From contig OZ004615.1 in assembly GCA_963924565.1 (NCBI GenBank), positions 7,316,001-7,380,000 of the forward strand: a DNA stretch of 64,000 nt, given 5' to 3'. The translations under genes were made by a program, and so were the position numbers. Each line of letters begins with the position of its first letter. Position 1 is the first letter of the stretch. This document shows positions 22,693-34,600 of this stretch, one piece after another. Source of the DNA: Ascidiella aspersa. Lineage: Eukaryota. The notes under the pieces were generated by a model. That model was not told the DNA's origin and ran no database searches. It worked only from the letters and a program-made list of their open reading frames with translations.

Positions 22693-25600
22693 CTAGATTA
22701 ATTATGTAAATATGTGTTCGCTTATCGAATGAACTTTGCACCTGTTAAATTCTGAGAAATTAACTGAAATTGCTATTTAGGTTTAAACATGGAATTCATT
22801 TCTATTAAAAAACCTTTACTTAGATTTAAACTTAATAGTATTATAGAAAATTGAACAGCTTGTTTTACAGTGTAATTATATTACTTTTGTCTGAAATACG
22901 ACAGATAAGACTCGCTAAATGCAGTCTTGTAATGACTTATGTGAATGTTTTTACATTAAGTCTTTCGGGCAAAATTTTTTGAATTGACTTAAATCGTTTG
23001 TATACCCAATGACTTGACCGTGACAAGGTGATTTCTTGCAAAAACGTCTTTAAAAATTGGGTTATTTACCTAAATTGTCCATCTAAAACAGTTTGCCTTC
23101 TGCATGCTGCGTTTTTGTTTTTTATTGATCTATTTATTGCCAGTGATCGGACGTGTTAGTTTAAACTTCACTTTAATGCCAATGCCTCGACTTGCTATGA
23201 CTACGACTTGGTCTACGGCGGTCTTTCTTATCCTCTAGGTCGCGAACCACAAATGCGACGCCCTTTTTTGTTTGGGTCGCTACTGCAGTAGTTTAATACA
23301 TTAGTTTATTGGGATTTCTTCTAAGGAAGATTTCCAAAACATTTAGGAAAATTGCGGAAGTAATACAAAAACATGGCTCATGTTAATTAAATTGGTTATT
23401 TGTGTTTTGCTCGCGTAAAGTCTTAACGCTTAGAAAAACATTCAGTGAAGAGAATAGAGTCGCCAAGTCGCCAAGTCTTCGCGAGGTCTAATATTTGTGT
23501 CGCTGCGAAAAAGGTTGAGAAACGCTGGTCTACGGACTTGAAATTGTTGGCTGTTGGGGTATTTTGCAACATACTTGACTATGACTTAGTAATTTCTAAA
23601 TGACTTGTTTACCTACTGACAAAGCGGAAAAATCTCCCTGTCTTACCTTTGCATAGCTGAATGTGATCGTCGCAGCAATCTTTTTGCTTGACGCAATCGC
23701 TGTCGCAACGGCAAGCTTTGGACGACTCGCAGTGTTGGTTTTTAATGCAAGACGATGTCGTCTGACGTCTGCATTGGGGGAATCCCGGATACGTGGTGAG
23801 GCACGAGGCACCTGAACAGGCACCGAAAGGTGAAATGCACAGCACACAAAGGTGAAATCTTAAAACTCTAGGTGTTGGGTTGCGCAGAGGGTGAAGTACC
23901 TTCAGGGTCTTCGCGTATGTTTTTCCTAAAAAACTTAACCCAATATAGTTTGATTGATTAAAGCCGTGTTTCTCCTCCTCGTGTGGCTTGCTGCACCCCT
24001 CAGACACTCACAAATGAATTTAGGCTCCCCTACTATTGTCATAAAGTAATCCACTATAAAGTCACAATAAACGGAACTGAAAAGAAAATGACTCTTGACT
24101 TTACACAATGTAGGGCACATCAGCTGTGCAAAATGTAGGAAAATTCAATTTAAATGATTGTACTCTAATCATCGTACACACAGAGTTGTGAGACGCTTAC
24201 CAATTGAAGAAAAACAGATTCTGAAAGATTTCCAAATATTTCGCGGCACCCTTCAGCATTGGTAATGGCACCAGTGTGCCGCGGCAATTGGTTAGGAAGC
24301 ACTGGATTGAAGCAACACAATGCTCCGTTCCAACTTGAATGAGTTTTATTATAGTTTTAGGATTTTGTACCATTTTACAAATGCTACCTTCTTTAGTAAT
24401 CTTTTAACGTTTTAATTAGGGACGGTGGAATGATAAATAAAAAAAGTCCGTTCTGCCGAGTTATGTTCCTAGCACATGTTTTTAGTCATTATGTCAGCTT
24501 AATCGGCATCTAATTACCGGTTAATTCTAATCCCGAAGCAAATAACCAATTACAGTTGCCAATAATCGCATATTTAATACCCAGTCACGAGATACGGCTA
24601 TTTTTTCGGGGTCGTGGCCCTTCAAATATTCTGCCGAGCAAGTGTCGTGACCTCATTAAGTTCGTGTTGTCCTAACGTTGCTCCAGCCGCGGGTTACGAC
24701 ACAAATGCAGTCGGGCGCAATCACGTCGTTTTGCCGCATCGATGACAGAACAAATTGCATTATCTGGTGATTCAGCACTAACCATCAGAGAACATGCAAC
24801 TCCACGGCTTAAACTAAAGAAAAGAGCTCAGAGCTAAGAATTCGAAGGATTTAGATTAGAAAGCGGGATTAAAAAAGGTGAAAAACGGCGGCCGAAAAAA
24901 ACGAATATACCAAATGATGGCATGCATAGCTTGCCTTTTTTCTGTATGGACGTTAAACTTGGAAGCAAAATATACCACTGGTTAACATGTTGGCAAAATA
25001 ATCGTAGTTTGAAAAGTTTGGTCAAAAACGCGAAACAAGAATCTCGCAATTGGACCTATATGATTTGAAAACCGCTAAACTCCCTCTCTGGTAATTACGT
25101 TTAAATGTACATTTTCATATAACCAGAATACCACGTTACCAATAATTAATGTTCCATTAAAAAACGGACCTCTAAAAAATCATCACTATTCCTAAAAAGC
25201 GAGGTAAACACCCAAGCCACTACTAAAAAAAAAAAAAAAAAAATTTTTCTTTTCTTTCATAACGTTTTGTCATACGGTCCTTCTATTATATTAAAAGACA
25301 TCCTTATAAGGAAGAACAAACAAATAGCCAATACATCCTCACTGAAATTCTTTTTTCGCGTGTCCTCGAAAAAGTTGCAGTAGTCAACGTCGCAGCAAGA
25401 GTAGCATACGCCTCCGGTTAAGCGGCAAGATTTCCGGCCCCTTTGGAGCACCTCACACGATGGCTTGTGGGAACATCGCTTCGTAATCAGTCGAGCCTCG
25501 CCCTTTTGCACCACCCTGGTGAGGCACGACCGCTGCAAGAAACAAGTAAAGGGTTAAGCTTTGCTGTTATCGGTCGAAAATGGACGAAAATCGGTAAGGG

Positions 25601-28600
25601 GTGTTAGCTTGGTTGGCAGGGCGCCTAAACCTTGCAAAATATTCACACTCGTCATTCAGTGAAAAAGGGGTTTCATTTAGGGTATAGCATGAATCATAGC
25701 TTTAAGCAGACATTTTTGAACAGTTTGTGATTTGTTATCAAACCTTAACAGAAGATATCAAACCTTAACAAAAGAATCGTCGCTAGAGAATTGTGAAAAG
25801 TGGAGAACCGTGGCAAACATCTTTGCTGTAAGATTTTGGACAAACAAATTTGCTGAGATTATAGAGTAAAACGCTTTATCTTGTCGTTTTTTACTTTTAT
25901 TTATTTATTTGGCAATACGAAAGTACCTATATAAAAAATCGTAATTTCAAAGGATTATCTAATTCTTTTTCTAAAAATACTCTGTGGACTTCCCAGTTTA
26001 CAGACTGTAAACATACTTTCGTGGAGTTGAAATGATTTTATTATTTCACACAGATTACCACATAATAACTTTGCGTAACAAATCGTTCAAAAAATGTTTC
26101 AACAATTTTTTCTGTTAGTGTCTTAAGAATTTCCAAACTTATAGAAACCATTTACGTTCCACGAATCGTACATTCACCTGATTTGGATGACATTCGACAA
26201 TCCTCCCGACCTCGTTACATTGTTCGTTGCTGGAAGCATTCTCGCAGGTGAAGCATCGAAGGAGGGGCATGTCTCCACCCTTGCGAGTCTTTTTGTGGCG
26301 CTCACCCCCGGTTGTACCACCGTATTTATCCGGCATGCCTCTCGGTAACACGCCTTTAAAGAAGTCATATGGGTGTAATAGGATGCTCACAGTAACCCGA
26401 AAATCACATTTTGGAAAAGTGCCGTGCTTATGGTTTATTTTTTGTGGTAATTTTAATTAGGACTGCGGAATCGCAGTCGGACTCTGAACTCAGGACTTGA
26501 CAATGTCGGTTTGTTTTGATGGAGTTAGACTCGGGACGCGAGTAAGACTATACGTGTCCCTAATAACGCGCGCATGCGCAGTACCAAATTCAAAACATAC
26601 AAAACAACAAACTGCAATCTCTTAAGGGTAGAATAGCTTTGGAGGAGTGTTTTCCAACCACGTATTTGTATTACGCATAAATGTGTGGATTTCTGAATAA
26701 TACTCGTTGCAGAGGCGGAACCGGAAACGCAAATTTTAGATGTAAGTCCCGTGGCTTAACCTCAAACCTTGTAATGCTCGCGACGGAATCGATAAAAACG
26801 AAATGGAAAGTCTAAATTTGCCGGACTCTGGTGGTTTGTTTTAACGTTTCACACAACTAAGAAAATACCCAGACAAAACAAACGTTAACCAATTGTAGTC
26901 CCATTTTCCGAGCGACAAAAGAAATGGAAATATAGTTAAACGTTAGTAAAGAAGATGTTTGAAAGTTGATATGCAAACCCTGATGTCACAATTTTCGTAT
27001 GCAGTTTATACCACTTTAGCAAGCAGTTTAGCGCCGTTTCCTGTTGTCCTGCAACCCAAGTGTAAAGAAATGCAACAAAGCCCAAATCTTACACTGTTTC
27101 AAAACCGTAAGACGTAGTGTTACCATTGAAAATATTCGTAAGCGTGGGAAGCGATTCGGGCCGGTAAAATACAGTAACGGGAAGCTAATAACCCGGTTCT
27201 GCCGCAACATAATTGCAAGTGTTGGCGATAAGCGACTCCGGTGGAGAGTGGTACTTGGCCTTTTGGGGTTGTCGCGGGAAGCTCGATGCGCTGTACAAAA
27301 GGCCCTTCGCGTTTGGCAAACAAACAAAGATAAATCTGCGCGACTGTTTCACGGCAAAACACGCCTACGTGCAGCCCTGCCCATGCGTCTATATATAAAC
27401 GTTGGAATTTCAGCGGCCTTTATGGACTAAAACTTTTCAAATGCTAGTTTGCCTTTGTAAATATAGTTAAAGGAGAACAAAAATCACGAATATGTAACAC
27501 GCATGTCGCATATCCTATGAAGACTGAATGCTAAGATTTTTTCTCAATTAAAACTAAAAATTCAGTTTCTTTAACGCGGTGCTATACATAAAACTGTGCT
27601 GCCCATTTTACAAAACCGTTGTGAGACTGTTGTTCTTACCAGTATTTGACAAATAAGCAACAACTAAAGAACGTCAGTCATCACCTAAGGTGGAAGTTTG
27701 TGCCCATTTGCTCGCCAATCCTACACATAAGGTTAATTTCAATCAACCAGAAATATTGGGTTCACGGCAGGACAAATATCGTCTATATTTGCTGGAGTCT
27801 CGATGATCCAACATCACAAACCATAACTAAACATCGATATAACCATGGCACCTTTATATCTTTTTAATACCCAGCGGGACGCAATGAATCTTACATCGCG
27901 TTCGTTTTCTGCTATTTTTGGCAATTTTCTGTCTTTCTTTTTATGTTTTTTATCGCTTTTATCTTCACTTGTTTTCTTACGCTGATGATTGCATGAGGTA
28001 TTGCTAAAACGTCTGTAAAATGCGAAATGTCTATTTTATCGAATATTATGGCTTTAATATTTTCATTGAAATTACTAAAAAAACGTGTATTGTGTTCCAA
28101 AGGCAATAAATGTCTTCAATAATTGCTGGTAAACGGCGTTCAATAGGCTAGCTAAAACTTTTTATAATTTCCTTTTTCGGGGTTAAAATAACAGCGCTAT
28201 TCAACAATACGTACCTACGCAGACGTCGTGGAAGTCAAAGCAGCAATCTTCCTTTTCCACGCAATCCTTGTCACAGTGACATCCCAGGAACACGCCGGAG
28301 TCTGTTAAAAATCCACCTCTCTCCTTCCACTTTGGGTCGCGGCACCCAGGAAAGAAATGCGTACAGGATCCGCCTGTTGCAAGTATTCCTGTTGTTAAGG
28401 CTATATACACAGCGACCAACGTATTCGGGAACGCGACAGTTATTACCTAAAATCAGGTTGCTTTAAAGTTTACTAGGGGACTACAACAATATCTACACAT
28501 GGTCGGTAAATTACAAACTTTATTACGGTACTTTTATCAAATTCAAACTATAAATGCCTAACCCAAAATATTATCTTGGCAATCCAAAAATCGCTCAAAC

Positions 28601-31600
28601 TATGTGCCTGGTAATAACTCATTGTTTTACATGTACAGTTAAGTGTTTAGAAGTAACGGTCAGACATTTTTAGACAAAAGGCGTTAAAATCTACAAATAA
28701 AATTACGCTTCGACCTGTGAATATTATTGGTTGGCCTGACAAAGTCGATTTTAGTTTTTGTAATAAATTTTGTAAGCAATTTTTTTTGTTTTAACTTAAG
28801 CATTTTTTTGTTTTTGTTTAGAAACTTCGCGTATTTTCTAATTGAAAACGAATTTAATGTATTTTGAAGTGCATTTGTAATACCTTTAGTCATACCAATC
28901 AAATTAGAAAAATAAAGTGTGACTCTTCCACTAATATTGTTAAATATATTGACCGCAAACCAATCTGACCGCAAAATCTCACATATATGTAAAACCTTGC
29001 TCAAAAAAATCCAGCCAAAAAATTGTAACCCTGCTTTCAAACAAGAAGCACACACACACACACATTTATCAAACACTCACCCTTAGCGCTAAAGCTGGGC
29101 GCCGCTACCAGGTTGCAGTGATCGTATGAGCAGCAGTGATTGCACACCGAGTTGTCGTAGCCGTCGTTGCATCTTCGCTGCACCCTACCGCGCCAATCTC
29201 GCCCCGGAGCCTGGTTCTGGCGTCTTTGCACCGCGCAGGAGAGCGACTGCGAGCAGCCCTTGCGGATCTTGTAGACGCCGCCGTGCACGCGAACCTCCGT
29301 GAAGCAGACGTCCTGGGGGAAGGGTTCGCAAGAAATAGGAAATTTTTTCAGGGGTTGCATGATAATTTTGGATCGGTGCCGATGTGTTGAGTTTTATCGG
29401 TCGCGCTTAGGCATATGAACGATAGTTTTGGGCCTTATTTTGATAACGATAGCCTTATGGCCGCATAGCACTAAAGAACAACAGTTAAGGTATTTTGAAA
29501 TTGTTGGCGACGCAGCTGTAAACTACAATGCAGCTGTAACCTGCCTTAGCGTAAATCAAAAAAGTTAACTTAAATAAAAATTTTGTTTTTAGCTCAAAAT
29601 TTTTCATTAGATATCTTTACGTTTAGCAAAAGCTTGGTTGGATCGTTTACTATAGCTAAAATACTTTTTTTTTATTTGATGCTGGTTCGGCACCAATACC
29701 AATGTATTAGACTAGTATGTATATAAACTTGTATCGCATATCGGTTGCGATAGTATAATATAAGTGTTTCTATTTTTCATATTGCCATTCATCCTATTAT
29801 ATGAAAAATCGTGGTCAGTATAGTCCAACAAAAATAGTCAATATCTGAACATTTTGCCTTGTTATAAATATGTAACATATTAAGGTCCAATAACAATTGG
29901 TTATATTTATGTTGTCAGATTGGACTAGATTCAAATCTCAATTTTTCTTATTTAATGAAACATTCACACATATGTGTGTTAATAACTGAGATCTAGCCCT
30001 TCATTTTTTCTTATTTTGTAATTTCATCTTCGTAATAAAAAATAGTTGTTATCAGATTGGACGGCCCTACTTTTCCGAATTGGGAAGGTATCGATTATCC
30101 CTAAATAAAAGTATTCCTGAGCTTGACACGACAGGTAATAACCTTACGCCGTGCAGGGTGGGGACAAATTTCCTGAATGGTGGTAGAACGACGGTTCACG
30201 TAATGAACATTGAAGAAAATACCAATCGAAATAACATTTAGAAAAAACAGCTCAGGCTCACAGACATCACAAGGTAAACAGAAACATATGTACTATTGTT
30301 AAGGCCTAATCATTTGTTCAACTATACTTATCATACAAAGATTTTTACAATACGTTGGTGTTTCTGCTTTACAAGTGTCTTATTCAATTAGAGTAAACAT
30401 AAAAAAGACACATAATAATATTAATAAAAACGGTGTTATGATGCGCCATTCTGTTCCGTTGGGAAATAAGGAGCGAACAACCTGTTGACCTTTCAATATA
30501 AACAAAAAAACTTTTCAAAGAGATATTTTTGCAGGCGACTCATATGGCAAAATTTTACACGCATAGACCTCGACACATTTTTTTTGTGTGTTAAAATTTG
30601 CACAAGAACGTTGGTATTTGAATTGAATTGTGCGAAAAAAGCTGAGCTGCTGACAGCCAAACATGACAGACACCAAATTGGCATTAGCTGGAACCTAATC
30701 TATGTAATTTTAAAATGATATCGAGCTTTGGCCTTTGTCTAGCGATAACTATCGGCGGTCTCCAAGCCAGCAAGTGCTTTTTGTTCCATCAGTATCGCTT
30801 ATAAATAGCTTTCACCTTTGAAACAATACACAGAGCAGGGCCACTTAGCGGTTTCAAAAGAAAGGCATTTTGCCTTAAGGTTATTTTGCTGCAAAATAGC
30901 GTGAAGCCGAAGAGCGTGTAGTTAAAACAGTTTCCGCGTCTTCGTTCTTTGCTAACTTAATTTAAAACGTTTTTTTTCTCGGCGTTATTCTACAACTAAA
31001 AGCTTAACATTTTACGTCTCTACCAGGAGCCCAATTGGTCCTGTTTTCTAATCTCTAATTTGCTTTACTGCTACGTAAGCAACAATTAAAGATTTTGGTT
31101 CCTGGTTGAAACTTGATCATAAAACAACAGTTTACCTCTGTTAACACACTAACTAGTAATGAAAGCTCGCGACCCTTTGCAAACGAGAGCGTTTTATACC
31201 CAGGTTCTCACTTATAGACTCACCCCTATAATCTCGTAATTTCGAAAATGAATAAAATGTTCACAAACAAAATAACAGGACCGAAATAAAATTCCCCGCT
31301 CAGATATGAAATGAGAAACACTAAGGTGTAAAACCGCAAAACCAACTAACACGTTAATATTTCAGTTGGGTGCCATCACTTTCTGTAAAACGTATTTAAA
31401 CATTTTATACTACAAAATACTAACAAATACCCTCGATACAGTTACTTTACAATTAGCAAGGTAGTGTGGTAGTAATGTGCGCGATAGGGATTCGGGATTT
31501 TTCGTGTGTTATCGATATTAGATTTCTATCAGTTTTGGCAATTTCAACGAACGGGCGCGCCAACAGATTGCAATTTGGCAGCGGACCAAGGTTTAAACAA

Positions 31601-34600
31601 GCATGGGAGATCAGTCGATCACAATCTTGGAACGAAAAAGCAAGACTTCATGACTTTTAACGTCCCTGAATTTGTGAATCACGCCCGAGACCAAAACCGG
31701 TTTTGTCGCCATGCGAAACGTGTAGCGATGCTAATGGAGATTACGTCTTGTCCTTTGTTTTCGCCACATTTTGTTAATCAACTGCAATATAGCAAATATT
31801 ACACTTTCGGTAACATTTAGTATTGATTAGCGCATGGAAAATACAATTGCCTTCGTTTGCCAAGTTTGAACGCGGTTAAAGAGTTTAAGCACAGTTTTGG
31901 ACGTTATAGTATATCGTCATGCTTTCGTGTGTATCTAAACGTCACGCCGTATAAAACGTCACGCCACAAAACAAATATGCTGCATTAGCACAGGGCTGGC
32001 TACAGTTATACTGTTTGACTCGGAAGTCGAAACCTGTATCGATTTGTACGATTATATTCATACAACGAATCTCCTTAGTTAAAAGTACTTTTTTTGTCGT
32101 TCGTTACGGTATATCCTACTAATTATAATAGAAAACTAGACATATAATTCGTTTGAAATAACTGACAATGCAGTTCAGGCGGTGGAAGTACAATACGTTT
32201 TATACCGGAAACATGAAAATATTTATACCGGTATCAAATTTTTCAGAGATGGCGTCACAACGTTACGTCATAACTATAGAAGTCTTAAACAAGTAACTTT
32301 AGGTAACCTGAGGTCGTTCGATGTTGTGCACATATGTCTAACAGAAATCTTAGTTATAATACATTGAAGGAAATAGCGGGATTTCCTGGTCAAAAATGCC
32401 AAAAATATTTTTACGTGTAAAAAATATTTTACCGAAAAGCCATTCCGGCTTACTTTCACTACTGGTACATTTTCTCACAACTTACTGGACCGTGATGCGA
32501 TAAAAGTAGGAGTGGCAAATAAGCCACACTAAATTGTCGTTGCCGTATGTTTAGATAAGAATTATTCACAGTAAAACTAATTAATACCTATATTATTTAC
32601 TTAAATTCTTGTTGTGCCTGTTTCTGTAATTCGGTTATTATTATTTGTACAACTGGTCATGCGTTTATTTCTTCTGATACTCGAAATTTGGGTCTACAAA
32701 CAGGCATTGTTATAGCTTAATATTCTTTGCAGATTAGGTTGTTTGCCAACTTGAATGAGCTACCATTGCATGTGTGACATTTATATAGTTTAACGTGCTT
32801 TGACATCCTGAATATGACATATATACTACGTCCGACACGACGTAAGATTACACAGCGGATCAGTAGGCTTACATATAGCAGCAAGTTATTTGCATTATAT
32901 ACATGACCGGTGAATTAAGGCATTATCGTTTCGAGGACACAAAGCCTCCCTTTGTACCTATACTTTCGCAATAATAAGCAGAACAGAATCCGTGTAAAAA
33001 TCGTGCCGCGATTAACCAAACTTTAAATGGAAAATTTACGTTAGTTTGTTTCTGAGTTCCCCACTGGCAATATATATATAAGGTCCACATGGCCATAGGA
33101 TACATTTAACTTTTTTTTGGAAATGAACAATATTCTAAAGTCGTCTTTTTATGTTGTGTCGAAAATAATATTTTTTCTAAGCAATTAAACGACCTTACGC
33201 GCATTGCAGCCTATATTCGTTTTTTTAAACGATAAAGTTGCAAAATATTTTTAAAGGATAGTCTTCAAATTACAAATCTTAACAGAATTTTTACGTCAGA
33301 CTTGCATTAATGCAATTTTAAAACAAAGTACCTCTATCTGACACAGCTCTATAAGAAACGTGAGTGGTATATTGGCTAGTTTTGTTAAATGAAAAAAACT
33401 TTTTCAAAATACGCATAATTTTTGTATTATGCTAAACCAAACCTATGCGAAGCAGCTCAAAAGTTCACCGCAAAATATTTCCGCGAGTAAAAAATATTTC
33501 GATCAAAAAATTCCACACATTACCCGAAGCAACGTAACCTATCGAGCAATCCGATAATAAATTTCATGTTTATTATTAGTAATGTTCAATATTTTATTTG
33601 TTGGGCATGTGTGTCAGTCCCTGACGAAGGCTTGCCGTCTCGTAAGCCGAAAAGTTGTTTAAGAAGTATATGCCAGCAGGACCTATTTTAAATATGCTAT
33701 GCCTGGTAGCCACAGCATATTTATTAATGTTCACTGTTCCGTAATACTCTGATGTGCAGAAAGTGGCCCAAACAGGGTAAGACCTATACTTCATATGAAA
33801 GCAATGGCCCCATAACTACCCGAGTTAACACAAAGATTTTTATTCAAGATTTTTACATACAAAAACTTATTGCGTCAAACTTTAGTATAGTGGTTCTCAA
33901 GCGGGTTACCGCGGCACCCTTGGGTGCCATTCCTAATCCTCAAGGCTGCCGCAAAATAATTGAGAATCTTTAGGAATCTGATTTTAGCTTAACTCTTACA
34001 ACTTTTTGAGTAAGATTAGAGTTAAATAAATCCAATTATAACTTCCTGCGTTGTATCGATCTGATGTGTGTTGTTACAGTTTAGTTTATTGTGACATTCT
34101 AGTAAATTACCTACGGAAAAATCTGATAGGGGTGCCGCAACTTATTTATTATTTCTTAAGGGTGCCGCTATCCATAAAAGTTTAAGAAACACTGTTTAGT
34201 ACATCGTAAGTTTATAAAATCACAGCTTAAGTTAAAACTTTATCAAAAGTTGCAGTTTAGATTTACATCCGACAATCATTTCCAGTAATAAAACACTATT
34301 ACAATACGTATTTTAGCTTCACAAAGTCAATATGCGGCGCGCCGGCAGATTTTAACCCCACAAGCCGTGGTTAGGGGAAAACTCTGCTCAACGTGTTCAA
34401 TATCCCAAACGCACCCCCCAATCGTTCGCACACAGATCCGACGGAATTACGTCAAACGCCAGTTGCACTTTCTCCCTGTCATCGTTCGCTTAAGCCTCAA
34501 ACGCGATCTGCGTGGCGCGCGGCGAAACCCATTGTGTCTAATCCGATAATTGTATCGTCCACTTAGCGCCAACAGGTGACACCGGCACGTTCAATCCTAA

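Noticed and set aside
23900-24007. Possible extra LU-SMB exons (26-nt micro-exon 23900-23925; MSEGCSKPH segment)
   Set aside because: Phases (2-in or 2-out) do not fit the flanking phase-1 junctions, and 25343 joins 23811 directly.
25224-25243. Poly(A) run of about 19 nt; also (CA)n at ~29049 and (TA)n at ~49787
   Set aside because: Simple intronic repeats with no associated retroelement body or TSD.
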